Positions 35,848 through 46,139 of a stretch of DNA of 64,000 nucleotides are shown piece after piece (position 1 is the stretch's first letter; each line of letters opens with the position of its first letter). The position numbers were made by a program, and so were the translations under genes. This DNA comes from Sphyrna mokarran (taxonomy: Eukaryota): assembly GCA_024679065.1 (NCBI GenBank), contig JAGIQG010000009.1, positions 81,592,001 through 81,656,000 on the forward strand, given 5' to 3'. The notes under the pieces are model-generated. The model was given only the letters and a program-made list of their open reading frames with translations. It had not been told where the DNA came from and made no database searches.

Positions 35848-37735
35848 GGATGTTCCCAGCATTGGGAACATGCTTCCTGTATTGGTCTATCGAGTCTGCA
35901 TCAACTCTTAGCCCATAAACCCCATGTATTTATCTCACTATTCCCTCTAACCTGTTAGAATTTTATAAGTCTCCATGAGTTGTTTTTTCATTCCTCTGAA
36001 CTTTAATGAATATAATTCTTAACCACTCAATCTCTTCTCATACATCAGTCCCATTATAACAGGAATCTGTCTGGGATACATTCTCTACACTCCCTCGACA
36101 GCAAAAATATCCTTCCTGAGATAAGGAGACCAAAACTGTGCACAATATTCCCAGTGCTGCCTCACCAAAGCCCTGTATAACTGCAGCAGGTCAGAATTAT
36201 GAAGACATAGAGCAGATACGAAGAAACTTTTCCCCTTTTAGCAGTAGATTCAAAAACCAGCGAGCATAGATTTAATTTCAAAAGCAGAAGATTTTGAGGG
36301 ATTGGAGGAAAAACCTTTTCACTCAGAGGGTGTTGGGAATCTGGAACTCACTGCATGAAAATGTGGTGGAAGCAGGAACCCTCACAACATTTAAGAAGTA
36401 TTTAGATGAGCATTTGAAATTGCAAAGTATACAAGGCCAAGGATCAAGTGTTGGAAAATGGGATTAGAATACTTAGGAGCTTGATGGCTGGCAGAGACAG
36501 GATGGGCCGAAGGGCCTATTTCTGCGCTGTAAATATCTATGACACTCTGATTGAGCCAAGATGGCCGAGAATGTAAAGTGACCAGCTTTTGGAAAATTCC
36601 GATGTGGGTTACATTCGACAGACCAGACCTGAGAGAAGATGGAATATCACATTCCAAAAGTCTGCAGGTTAGATAGATTGGCCATACTAAATTGCCCCTA
36701 GTGTGTTCTTTAGGTGGGTTAGCAATGGTGAATGTGCAGGGTTACAGGGAGCCTGGATAAGAAGCTCTTTTGGAGAATTGGGTGAAAAGATTTCCCTCAC
36801 GTCTCTCAAAATCTGCTGCCTCTGTGATCAACGGGAAAAGTTTCCTCATATCTACCCTATCTCTGTCTCTCATAATTCTGTCGATGGACTGAATATCCTC
36901 CTCCTGCACTGTAGAGATTCAATGGCTAATAAAAAACTACACGGACTGTGTAAGGATTCCACGGGTGAAAAGATCCATTTTAAATGAACCTTGTTGTGAC
37001 CATTCGAGGGCAGGATTCCAGCGGATTGCTCCTCACCCAGAAGGAAACACAATTGGGATCCTGTTCAGGAAGATAACAAATGAGGGACCCTGTCTGAGGA
37101 CTGGTCACAACATGTACACAGCAAGATCCCACACACAGCAATGAGAACAATCAGCATTTTCAGTGATGTTAGATCCAGGATAAATGTCGGATTGAACTCA
37201 TCCCAAAGAGAAAGTAACAAAAATCTGGAACACTGAAGCCACTGGATTGTGAGCCCTGCTGTGGCTGTTTGTCATCAGAACTTCAGCAAGAGATAAGCAG
37301 GGAGTGGAGAGAGCAGAGTGAAAGCTGGGGCAGGTGGCACCTCGGTGTCTCACTGTGCTGCTGCTGTGATCAGTTATATCAGAGAGTGAGACAGAGAGTT
37401 CAACTTCACATCAAACTCTGCCTGTGTGTGTCACACTGAGACCGACAGGAGTCTAGAGAGTGATTTCACTCCATGCTGCAGGAATGTGAACACAGTCTGC
37501 AAACGTCCAGATCTCCTCCACACGGTGGGTAAAAGCTGCTTACTGAAATCTTGCTGTTTAAAGGGGGGAATGGAAGGAAAGAAATACATCTGGACTCCCT
37601 GTTCTACACAATGTTCTTCAATCAACATTTCATTGAATGCAACTTCCTCACTAACACCTTCAACTATTCAGTATTTGTGTTTGAGAAAGTTTCAGCATTG
37701 AAAGGGTTAATAACGGAGGATTGGGCTTTACTTAC

Positions 37736-37770
37736 TCAGTCTGAGTTTGGTTCCTTTAGCAAACGTAAGA
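37736..37770 (-). CDS. IGKJ: Ig light chain J segment, cluster 2 (LTFAKGTKLRL)
   Basis: T CTT ACG TTT GCT AAA GGA ACC AAA CTC AGA CTG A|GTAAGT. Confidence 0.93.
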
Positions 37771-37809
37771 CACACTGACAGCTTCCAGTGCAGGAGCTGT
37801 ACAAAAACC
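37771..37809 (+). other. 23-RSS of J2
   Basis: CACACTG (37771-37777), 23 nt, ACAAAAACC (37801-37809); identical to the J1 RSS. Confidence 0.93.
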
Positions 37810-38084
37810 TCTGTCTCTGACTCACTTACTCACTCTCTCATCGTTTTCTCTCTCACTCTTTCTCTCTCACTCTTTCTCTCTCTCTGTTTCTCTCAATGTC
37901 TCTGTATTTTATTCAGAGTGTTGAAGAATTCTAATGTGAGATGATAAATAATTCAGCTGCTCTTCATATGTGAACATGGAGAATAAGAGGGAAACTTGAA
38001 GCCTTCAGCGAGCGGTGGACACCACAGGGACTGGAGTGTGTAGTGGACAGTGCAAAGAATTTGTTCAGTTTCCTTTCTTGTGTT

Positions 38085-38749
38085 TATTATATATTATATA
38101 AAACTGTGGGATGTGTCAGTACAGGAGGTGGTGCTGTGTGTCCATTATTATATATTATATAAAACTGTGGGATGTGTCAGTACAGGAGGTGGTGCTGTGT
38201 GTCCATTACTATATATTATATAAAACTGTGGGATGTGTCAGCACAGGAGGTGGGACTGTGTGTCCATTATTATATATTATATAAAACTGTGGGATGTGTC
38301 AGTACAGGAGGTGGGACTGTGTGTCCATTATTATATATTATATAAAACTGTGGGATGTGTCAGTACAGGAGGTGGGACTGTGTGTCCATTATTATATATT
38401 ATATAAAACTGTGGGATGTGTCAGTACAGGAGGTGGTGCTGTGTGTCCATTATTATATATTTTAAACTGTGGGATGTGTCAGTACAGGAGGTGGGACTGT
38501 GTGTCCATTATTATATATTATATAAAATTGTGGGATGTGTCAGTACAGGAGGTGGGACTGTGTGTGCATTATTATATATTATATAAAAATGTGGGATGTG
38601 TCAGTACAGGAGGTGGGACTGTGTGTCCATTATTATATATTATATAAAAATGTGGGATGTGTCAGTACAGGAGGTGGGACTGTGTGTCCATTATTATATA
38701 TTATATAAAACTGTGGGATGTGTCAGTACAGGAGGTGGGACTGTGTGTG
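38085..38749. repeat. 61-bp tandem minisatellite, 11 copies, in the V2-J2 interval
   Basis: Anchor recurs at 38105, 38166 ... 38712; one unit is 3 nt shorter. Confidence 0.97.
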
Positions 38750-38753
38750 TTGG

Positions 38754-38781
38754 GGTTTTTGTAAGGCTCTGTATCACTGTG
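38754..38781 (-). other. 12-RSS of V2
   Basis: CACAGTG-ATACAGAGCCTT-ACAAAAACC, identical to the V1 RSS. Confidence 0.97.
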
Positions 38782-39081
38782 TAAGGGGCCAGCTCTGATA
38801 TTGCTGACAGTAATAATCAGCGACATCCTCATTCTGAACATTGCTGATTTTCAGGGTGAATCTTGTCCCCGATCCACTGCCGCTGAATCTGTCGGATACT
38901 CCTGTGAATCGACTTGCTGCCTCATAAATCAGCAGAGCTGGTTTCTGTCCTTCTCGCTGTTGGTACCAAGCATTATTATTATCAATGCCTTGACTGGCCG
39001 TACAGGTGATGGTGGCGGTCTGGCCCAGGCTCACTGACAGTACCGGGGGAGTCTGGGTCATGATGATCTCTCCATTGATAC
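38782..39081 (-). CDS. IGKV: Ig light chain V exon, cluster 2 (unrearranged)
   Basis: [96 protein letters not shown]; cag acceptor at 39082-39084. Confidence 0.97.
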
Positions 39082-39267
39082 CTGAGGGGTAATAGAGAAA
39101 CAGAGTGAAGTCAGAACTGTCACAGAAAGAGGCTGTACAATGAGATATTGTTGGAGACACTGACTGTTCCTCTCCTTTCAACATTTTCCCTTCAATCACA
39201 AGTCAGGAGAATTGGATTGAAATGGAGAGCAGGAAAATATTCAAGGTGGAAGGAGAGAGATTAGTAC

Positions 39268-39316
39268 CTGCGATGCAGAATGCCAGAGGCCAGAGCAGCT
39301 GGATGGCTGAAATCAT
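39268..39316 (-). CDS. IGKV: Leader exon of V2
   Basis: MISAIQLLWPLAFCIA-G, GT donor at 39267, 186-nt intron. Confidence 0.92.
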
Positions 39317-39374
39317 GGTGTGTGCTCGTGTCCCTGTGCCTGGTTACTGATAAACTCTCCCTTCACTGCGCTCT

Positions 39375-39435
39375 GCTTTATAAAGCTGCAGCCTGTGAGA
39401 GTCTCAGTGTCTGTTCCTCAGTTTGTAAATGATCT
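39375..39435 (-). promoter_or_regulatory. V2 promoter: TATA box and imperfect octamer/decamer
   Basis: TTTATAAA at about 39377-39384. TCATTTACAA at 39423-39432 versus the TNATTTGCAT consensus. Confidence 0.55.
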
Positions 39436-39459
39436 GACCCAGAGAAACCACATCAGCAC

Positions 39460-39920
39460 CTTTCACTTCCTCTTCTTCTCTGTCCCTCCCCCAATCTCTG
39501 TCCCTCAGCATCAGTCCCCAGTCTCTATCTCTCACTCTCTTGATATCTGTCCCTCAGTCTCTGTGTCTCAGTGTCTCTCTCTCTTTCCCCCTTAGCTTCT
39601 ATCTCTCATCTCAGTTCTCTGTCTCTCAGTCATTGTCTGTCTCACTTTCTTGGTATCTGCCCCACAGTCTCTGACTCTCTCACTCTCTCATTATCTGTCC
39701 CTCCAGTCTCTGTTCCCACTCTCTCTCTTCCTCCTCTCTCTGTTCCTCCTCTCCCTTTCCCCTGTATCTGCCTCTCTCTCTTTTTGTTCCTGACTCATTC
39801 TCCTTGTTTGCCCTCTCCTTCGCTCATTCTCTTTTTCTTATTATTCTCTCTCTCTCTTCCTCAACTCAGTTAGCTTTTTCCATCACTTTCTCTCCAGCTC
39901 TTCTATCCGTCTGTCCACTC
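39460..39920. repeat. TC-rich low-complexity tract upstream of V2
   Basis: Pyrimidine-rich (TC)n-like sequence. Similar tracts upstream of V1 at 13770-13950 and 15905-16125. Confidence 0.75.
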
Positions 39921-40943
39921 ATCTTACTCTGCCCCAAAAGAGGCACCATCCTCCTGGGATCCACTCTGTCAATCCCCTCACAACCTGATATGTTTCAATA
40001 AGATCATCTTTCATTCTTCTAAACTCCAATGGGTTCAGGCCCAACCTTTCCAACTTTTCTTCATAAGATAACCCCTCACCCCAGGAATACGTCAAGTATA
40101 TCTTCTCTGATCTTCTTCTAACACAATGATATCCTTTTTCAAATAAGGAGACCAAAACTGTGCACAATATTCCAGATATAGGAGATCTTAAATAGCTACA
40201 GTAAAACTTCCCTTGTTTTATATTCCAACACCAACACTCTATTTGCCTTCCTAATCACTTGCTGTAGCTGCAGACTAACTCACTGTGATTCATGTCCCAG
40301 GACAGCCAGATCCTTCTGTAGCACCGAGTTGTGCAATCTCTCTCCCTTTCTATAGTTTACTGCTTTTCTATTTTTCCTGCCAAAGTGGACACCTTCACAC
40401 TTACCCAGGTATATTCCAAATGTTTAGCCACTCCTTCCCTTGTCTCTATCTGTTTGCAATCTCTGGACCTCCTCTTGATAAATTACTTCCCCCAACTATC
40501 TTAGTGTCAAAGAACAAAGAAAATTACAGTACAGGAACAGACTCTTCAGCCCTCTAAACCTGCACCAACTGTGCTGCTGTCATTGGGACATTAGTTCCAT
40601 TCACTTCCTTCATCCAAGTCATCGATATGAGTTCTGAATAGTTGGGGTCCCAGCACTGTTTGTTCCAGACCTCCACTTCCCAACCCCAAAACAAACATCT
40701 ATCCACGTTCTCTGGTCTCTGTTAGCTAACCAATCCTCTATCAATGCTAACATGTTACCGGCACACCATAAGTTTGTATCTTGTGTAGTAAGATTTAATG
40801 TGGCAATTTATCAAATACCTTTTGGAATACCCTGTATATCGTATCCACAAGTTCCTTTTATTCACTTTGTGAATTCCTCAAAAGTGAAGAATCGCACGTT
40901 TATAACAGAAATAAACTGTTCCACGTCGAACATGATGTCCATG

Positions 40944-43900
40944 TCCCACTGGAGCATCCAATAGGGACTAGTAAACATGGGCCTTCTTCCCACTGGAGCC
41001 TCCAATATGGACTAGTAAACATGGGCCTCCTTCCCACTGGACCCTCCAATAGGGACTAGTAAACATGGGCCTTCTTCCCACTGGAGCCGCCAATAGGGAC
41101 CAGTAAACATGGGCCTCTTTCCCACTGGAGCCTCCAATAGGGACCAGTAAACATGGGCCTCTTTCCCACTGGAGCCTCCAATAGGGACCAGTAAACATGG
41201 GCCTCCTTCCTCCTGGACCCTCCAATAGGGACCAGTAAACATGGGCCTCCTTCCCATTGGATCCTCCAATAGGGACTGGTAAACATGGGCCTCCTTCCAA
41301 TGGAGCCTCCAATAGAGACCAGTAAACATGGGCCTCCTTCCCATTGGATCCTCCAATAGGGACTGGTAAACATGGGCCTCCTTCCAATGGAGCCTCCAAT
41401 AGAGACCAGTAAACATGGGCCTCCTTCCCACTGGAACCTCCAATAGGGATCAGTAAACATGTGCCTTCTTCCCACTGGAGCCACCAAGAGGGACCAGTAA
41501 ACATGGGCCTCCTCCCCATTAGAGAATCCAATAGGGACCAGTAAACATGGGCCTTCTTCCCACTGGAGCCTCCAATAGGGACCAGTAAACATGGGCCTCC
41601 TTCCCACTGGAGCGTCCAATTGGGACCAGTAAACATGGGCCTCCTTCCCACTGGAGCGTCCAAAACGGACCAGTAAACATGGGCCTTCTTCCCACTGGAG
41701 CCTTCAATAGGGACCAGTAAACATGGGCCTCCTTCCCATTGGATCCTCCAATAGGGACCAGTAAACATGGGCCTCCTTCCCACTGGAGCCTCCAATAGGG
41801 ACCAGTAAACATGGGCCTCCTTCCCACTGGAGCCTCCAATAGGGACCAGTAAACATGGGCCTTCTTCCCACTGGAGCCTCCAATAGGGACCAGTAAACAT
41901 TGGCCTCCTTCCCATTGGAGCCTCCAATACGGACCAGTAAACTTGGGCCGTCTTCCCACTGGAGACTCCAACAGGGACCGGTAAACATGGGCCTCCTTCC
42001 CACTCTAGCCTCCAATTAGGACTAGTAAACATGGGCCTCTTTCCCACTGGAGCCTCCAATCGGGACCAGTAAACATGGGCCTCCTTGCCACTGGGGCGCC
42101 AATAGGGGCCAGTAAACATGGGCCTCCTTCCCATTGGAGCCTCCTACAGGGACATGTAAACATGGGCCTCCTTCCCACTGGAGCCTTCCATAGGGAACAG
42201 TAAACATGGGCCTCCTTCCTACTGCAGCTTCCAATACGGACCAGGAAACATGGGTCTCTTTCCCACAGGAGCCTCCAACAGGTACCAGTAAACATGGGCC
42301 TCCTTCCCACTGGAGCCTCCAATAGGGACCAGTAAACATGGGCCTCCTTCCCCCTGGTGCCTCCAATACGGACCAGTAAACATGGGCCTCCTTCCCACTG
42401 GAGCGTCCAATAGGGACCAGTAAACATGGGCCTCCTTCCCACTGGAGCCTCCAATAGGGACCAGTAAACATGGGCCTCCTTCCCACTGGAGCCTCCAATA
42501 GGGACCAGTAAACATGGGCCTCCTTCCTGCTGGAGCCTCCAATAGGGACCAGTAAACATGGGCCTCCTTCTCACTGGAGCCTCCAATAGGGACCAGTAAA
42601 CATGGGCCTCTTTCCCACTGGAGCCTCCAATAGGGACCAGTAAACATGGGCCTCCTTCCCACTGGAGCCTCCAATAGGGACTAGTAAACATGGGCCTCCT
42701 TCCCACTGGAGCCTCCAATAGGGACCAGTAAACATGGGCCTCCTTCCCACTGGAGCCTCCAATAGAGACCAGTAAACATGGGCTTCCTTCCCACTGGAGC
42801 CTCCAATAGGGACCAGTAAACATGGGCCTCCTTCCCACTGGAGCCTCCAGTAGGGACCAGTAAACATGAGCCTGCTTCCAATTGGATCCTACAATAGGGA
42901 CCTGTAAACATAGGCCTCTTTTCCCATTGGAGCCGCCATTAGCGACCAGTAAACATGGGCCTCCTTCCCATTGGAGTCTCCAATAGGGATCAGTAAACAG
43001 GCCTCCTTCCCATTGGAGCCTCCAATAGGGATCAGTAAACTTGGGCCTCCTTCCCACTGGAGCCTCCACAGGGACCGGTAAACATGGGCCTCCTTCCCAC
43101 TCTAGCCTCCAATTAGGACTAATAAACATGGGCCTCCTTCCCACTGGAGCCTCCAATCGGGACAGTAAACATGGGCCTCCTTGCCACTGGGGCCTCCAAT
43201 AGGGACCAGTAAACATTGGCCTCCTTCCCACTGGAGCCTCCAATAGGGACAGTAAACATGGGCCTTCTTCCCACTGGAGCCTCCAATAGGGACCAGTAAA
43301 CATGGGCCTCCTTCCCACTGGAGCATCCAATAGGGACCAGTAAACATGGGCCTTCTTCCCACTGGAGCCTCCAATAGGGACCAGTAAACATGGGCCTCCT
43401 TCCCACTGGAGCGTCCAATTGGGACCAGTAAACATGGGCCTCCTTCCCACTGGAGCGTCCAAAACGGACCAGTAAACATGGGCCTTCTTCCCACTGGAGC
43501 CTTCAATAGGGACCAGTAAACATGGGCCTCCTTCCCATTGGATCCTCCAATAGGGACCAGTAAACATGGGCCTCCTTCCCACTGGAGCCTCCAATAGGGA
43601 CCAGTAAACATGGGCCTCCTTCCCACTGGAGCCTCCAATAGGGACCAGTAAACATGGGCCTTCTTCCCACTGGAGCCTCCAATAGGGACCAGTAAACATT
43701 GGCCTCCTTCCCATTGGAGCCTCCAATACGGACCAGTAAACTTGGGCCGTCTTCCCACTGGAGACTCCAACAGGGACCGGTAAACATGGGCCTCCTTCCC
43801 ACTCTAGCCTCCAATTAGGACTAGTAAACATGGGCCTCTTTCCCACTGGAGCCTCCAATCGGGACCAGTAAACATGGGCCTCCTTGCCACTGGGGCGCCA

Positions 43901-45737
43901 ATAGGAGCCAGTAAACATGGGCCTCCTTCCCATTGGAGCCTCCTACAGGGACATGTAAACATGGGCCTCCTTCCCACTGGAGCCTTCCATAGGGAACAGT
44001 AAACATGGGCCTCCTTCCTACTGCAGCTTCCAATACGGACCAGGAAACATGGGTCTCTTTCCCACAGGAGCCTCCAACAGGTACCAGTAAACATGGGCCT
44101 CCTTCCCATTGGAGCCTCCAATAGGGACCAGTAAACATAGGCCTCCTTCCCATTGGAGCCTCCAATAGGGACCAATGAACATGGGCCTTCTTCCCACTGG
44201 AGCATCCAATATGGACCAGTAAACATGGGCCTTCTTCTCACTGGAGCATCCAATAGGGATCGGTAAACATGGGCCTCCTTCCCACTGGAGCCTCCAATAG
44301 GGGCCAGTAAACATAGGCCTCCTTCCCAATGGAGCCTCCAATAGGGACCAATAAACATGGGCCTTCTTCCCACTGGAGCCTCCAATTTGGACTAGTAAAC
44401 ATGGACCCCTTTCCCACTGGAGCCTCCAATCGGGACCAGTAAACATGGGCCTCCTTCCCACTGGAGCCTCCAATATGGACCAGTAAACTTGGGCCTCCTT
44501 CCCACAAAAGCTCCAATGGGGACAAGTAAACATGGGCCTCGTTCCCACTGGAGCCTCCAATAGGGAACAGTAAACATGGGCCTCCTTCCCACTGCAGCTT
44601 CCAATAGGGACCAGTAAACATGTGCCTCTTTCCCACTGGAGCCTCCAATAGGTACCAGTAAACATGGGCCTCCTTCCCACTGGAGCCTCCATGGGGAACA
44701 GTAAACATGGGCCTCCTTCCCACTAGAGCTTCCAATAGGGACCAGTAAACATCGGCCTCCTTCCCCCTGGAGCCTCCAATAGGGACTGGTAAACATGGGC
44801 CTCCTTCCCATTGGATTCTCCAATATGGACTGGTAAACATGGGCCTCCTTCCCATTGGAATCTCCAATACGGACAGTAAACATGGGCCTTCTTCCCACTG
44901 GAGCCTCCAATAGGTACCAGTAAACATGAGCCTCCTTCCCACTGGAGCCTCCATAGGGAACAGTAAACATGGGCCTCCTTCCCACTGGAGCCTCCAATAG
45001 GGACCAGTAAACATGGCCTTCTTCCCACTGGAGCCTCCAATAGGGTCCAGTAAACATGGGCCTCCTTCCCACTGCAGCTTCAATAGGGACCAGTAAACAT
45101 GGGCTCCTTCCCTTGGATCCTCCAATAGGGACCAGTAAACATGGGCCTCCTTCCCACTGGTGCCTCCAATACGGACCAGTAAACATGGGCCTTCTTCCCA
45201 CTGGAGCCTCCAATGGGGACCAGTAAACATGGGCCACCTTCCCACTGGAGCCTTCAATAGGGACCAGTAAACATGGGCCTCCTTCCCACTGGATCCTCCA
45301 ATACGGATCAGTAAACATGGGCCTCCTTCCCACTGGAGCCTCCAATAGGGACCAGTAAACATGGGCCTCCTTCCCACTGGAGCCTCCAATAGGGTCCACT
45401 AAATATGGGCCACCTTCCCACTGGCGCCTTCAATAGGGACCAGTAAACATGGGCCTCTTTCCCACTGGAGCCTCCAATAGGAACCAGTAAACATGGGCCT
45501 CCTTCCCACTGCAGCTTCCAATAGGCACCAGTAAACATGGGCCTCTTCCCCACTGGAGCCTGCAATAGGGAACAGTAAACATGGGCCTCCTTACCACTGG
45601 AGCCTCCAATAGGGACCAGTAAACATGGGCCTCCTTCCCACTGGAGCCTCCAATAGGGACCAGTAAACATTGGCCTCCTTCCCATTGGAGCCTCCAGTAG
45701 GGACCAGTAAACATTGTCCTCCTTCCCACTGGAGCCT
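40944..45737. repeat. 44-bp tandem satellite, about 109 copies
   Basis: Unit gggaccagtaaacatgggcctccttcccactggagcctccaata; 4794 bp / 44. It explains the 44-aa periodic minus-strand ORFs. Confidence 0.98.
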
Positions 45738-46139
45738 ACAGTAGTTGAGCTTCAAACTCCACATCCTCTCCGTCTTTATTTCCATCTCTACAACAGTGTT
45801 TGTCTCTACACTCCATCAGCCACATGAGTGCAGAGACCCTTATCCCTGATTGTCACTCCTGCTAACACTATTATTCCAATATTCTCTCCCAGCTCCCTTC
45901 ATCCACATTCCATAATCCCCGTTTTGTCCCAAACACAGTAAGTCCAGATCCTGTTTCACACTAAATGTCGTTCCAACACTACACCTGACCTCACTGACCC
46001 ATCACCCTGACCTCACGGACACAGGATAATATAGAATCTAGAAGCAAGAGTCGGCCATTCTGCCCTTCAAGCCTTCTCCACCATTCTCTTGATCATGGCT
46101 GATTATCGAATTTAATATCCTGAATCTTTCCACATAGTA

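Noticed and set aside
38294-38784. ORFs [16 protein letters not shown]... (also 12905-13105)
   Set aside because: Translations of the 61-bp minisatellite.
40944-45737. Class-switch-like region
   Set aside because: Not rich in AGCT/GAGCT pentamers, lies upstream of V in a light-chain locus, and there is no downstream alternative C within the cluster.
40968-45785. Many long minus-strand ORFs (up to 642 aa) with a 44-aa repeat
   Set aside because: Artefact of the 44-bp unit: its minus strand has no stop triplet and 44 is not a multiple of 3, so all frames give the same peptide. Frequent indels, no unique domain.
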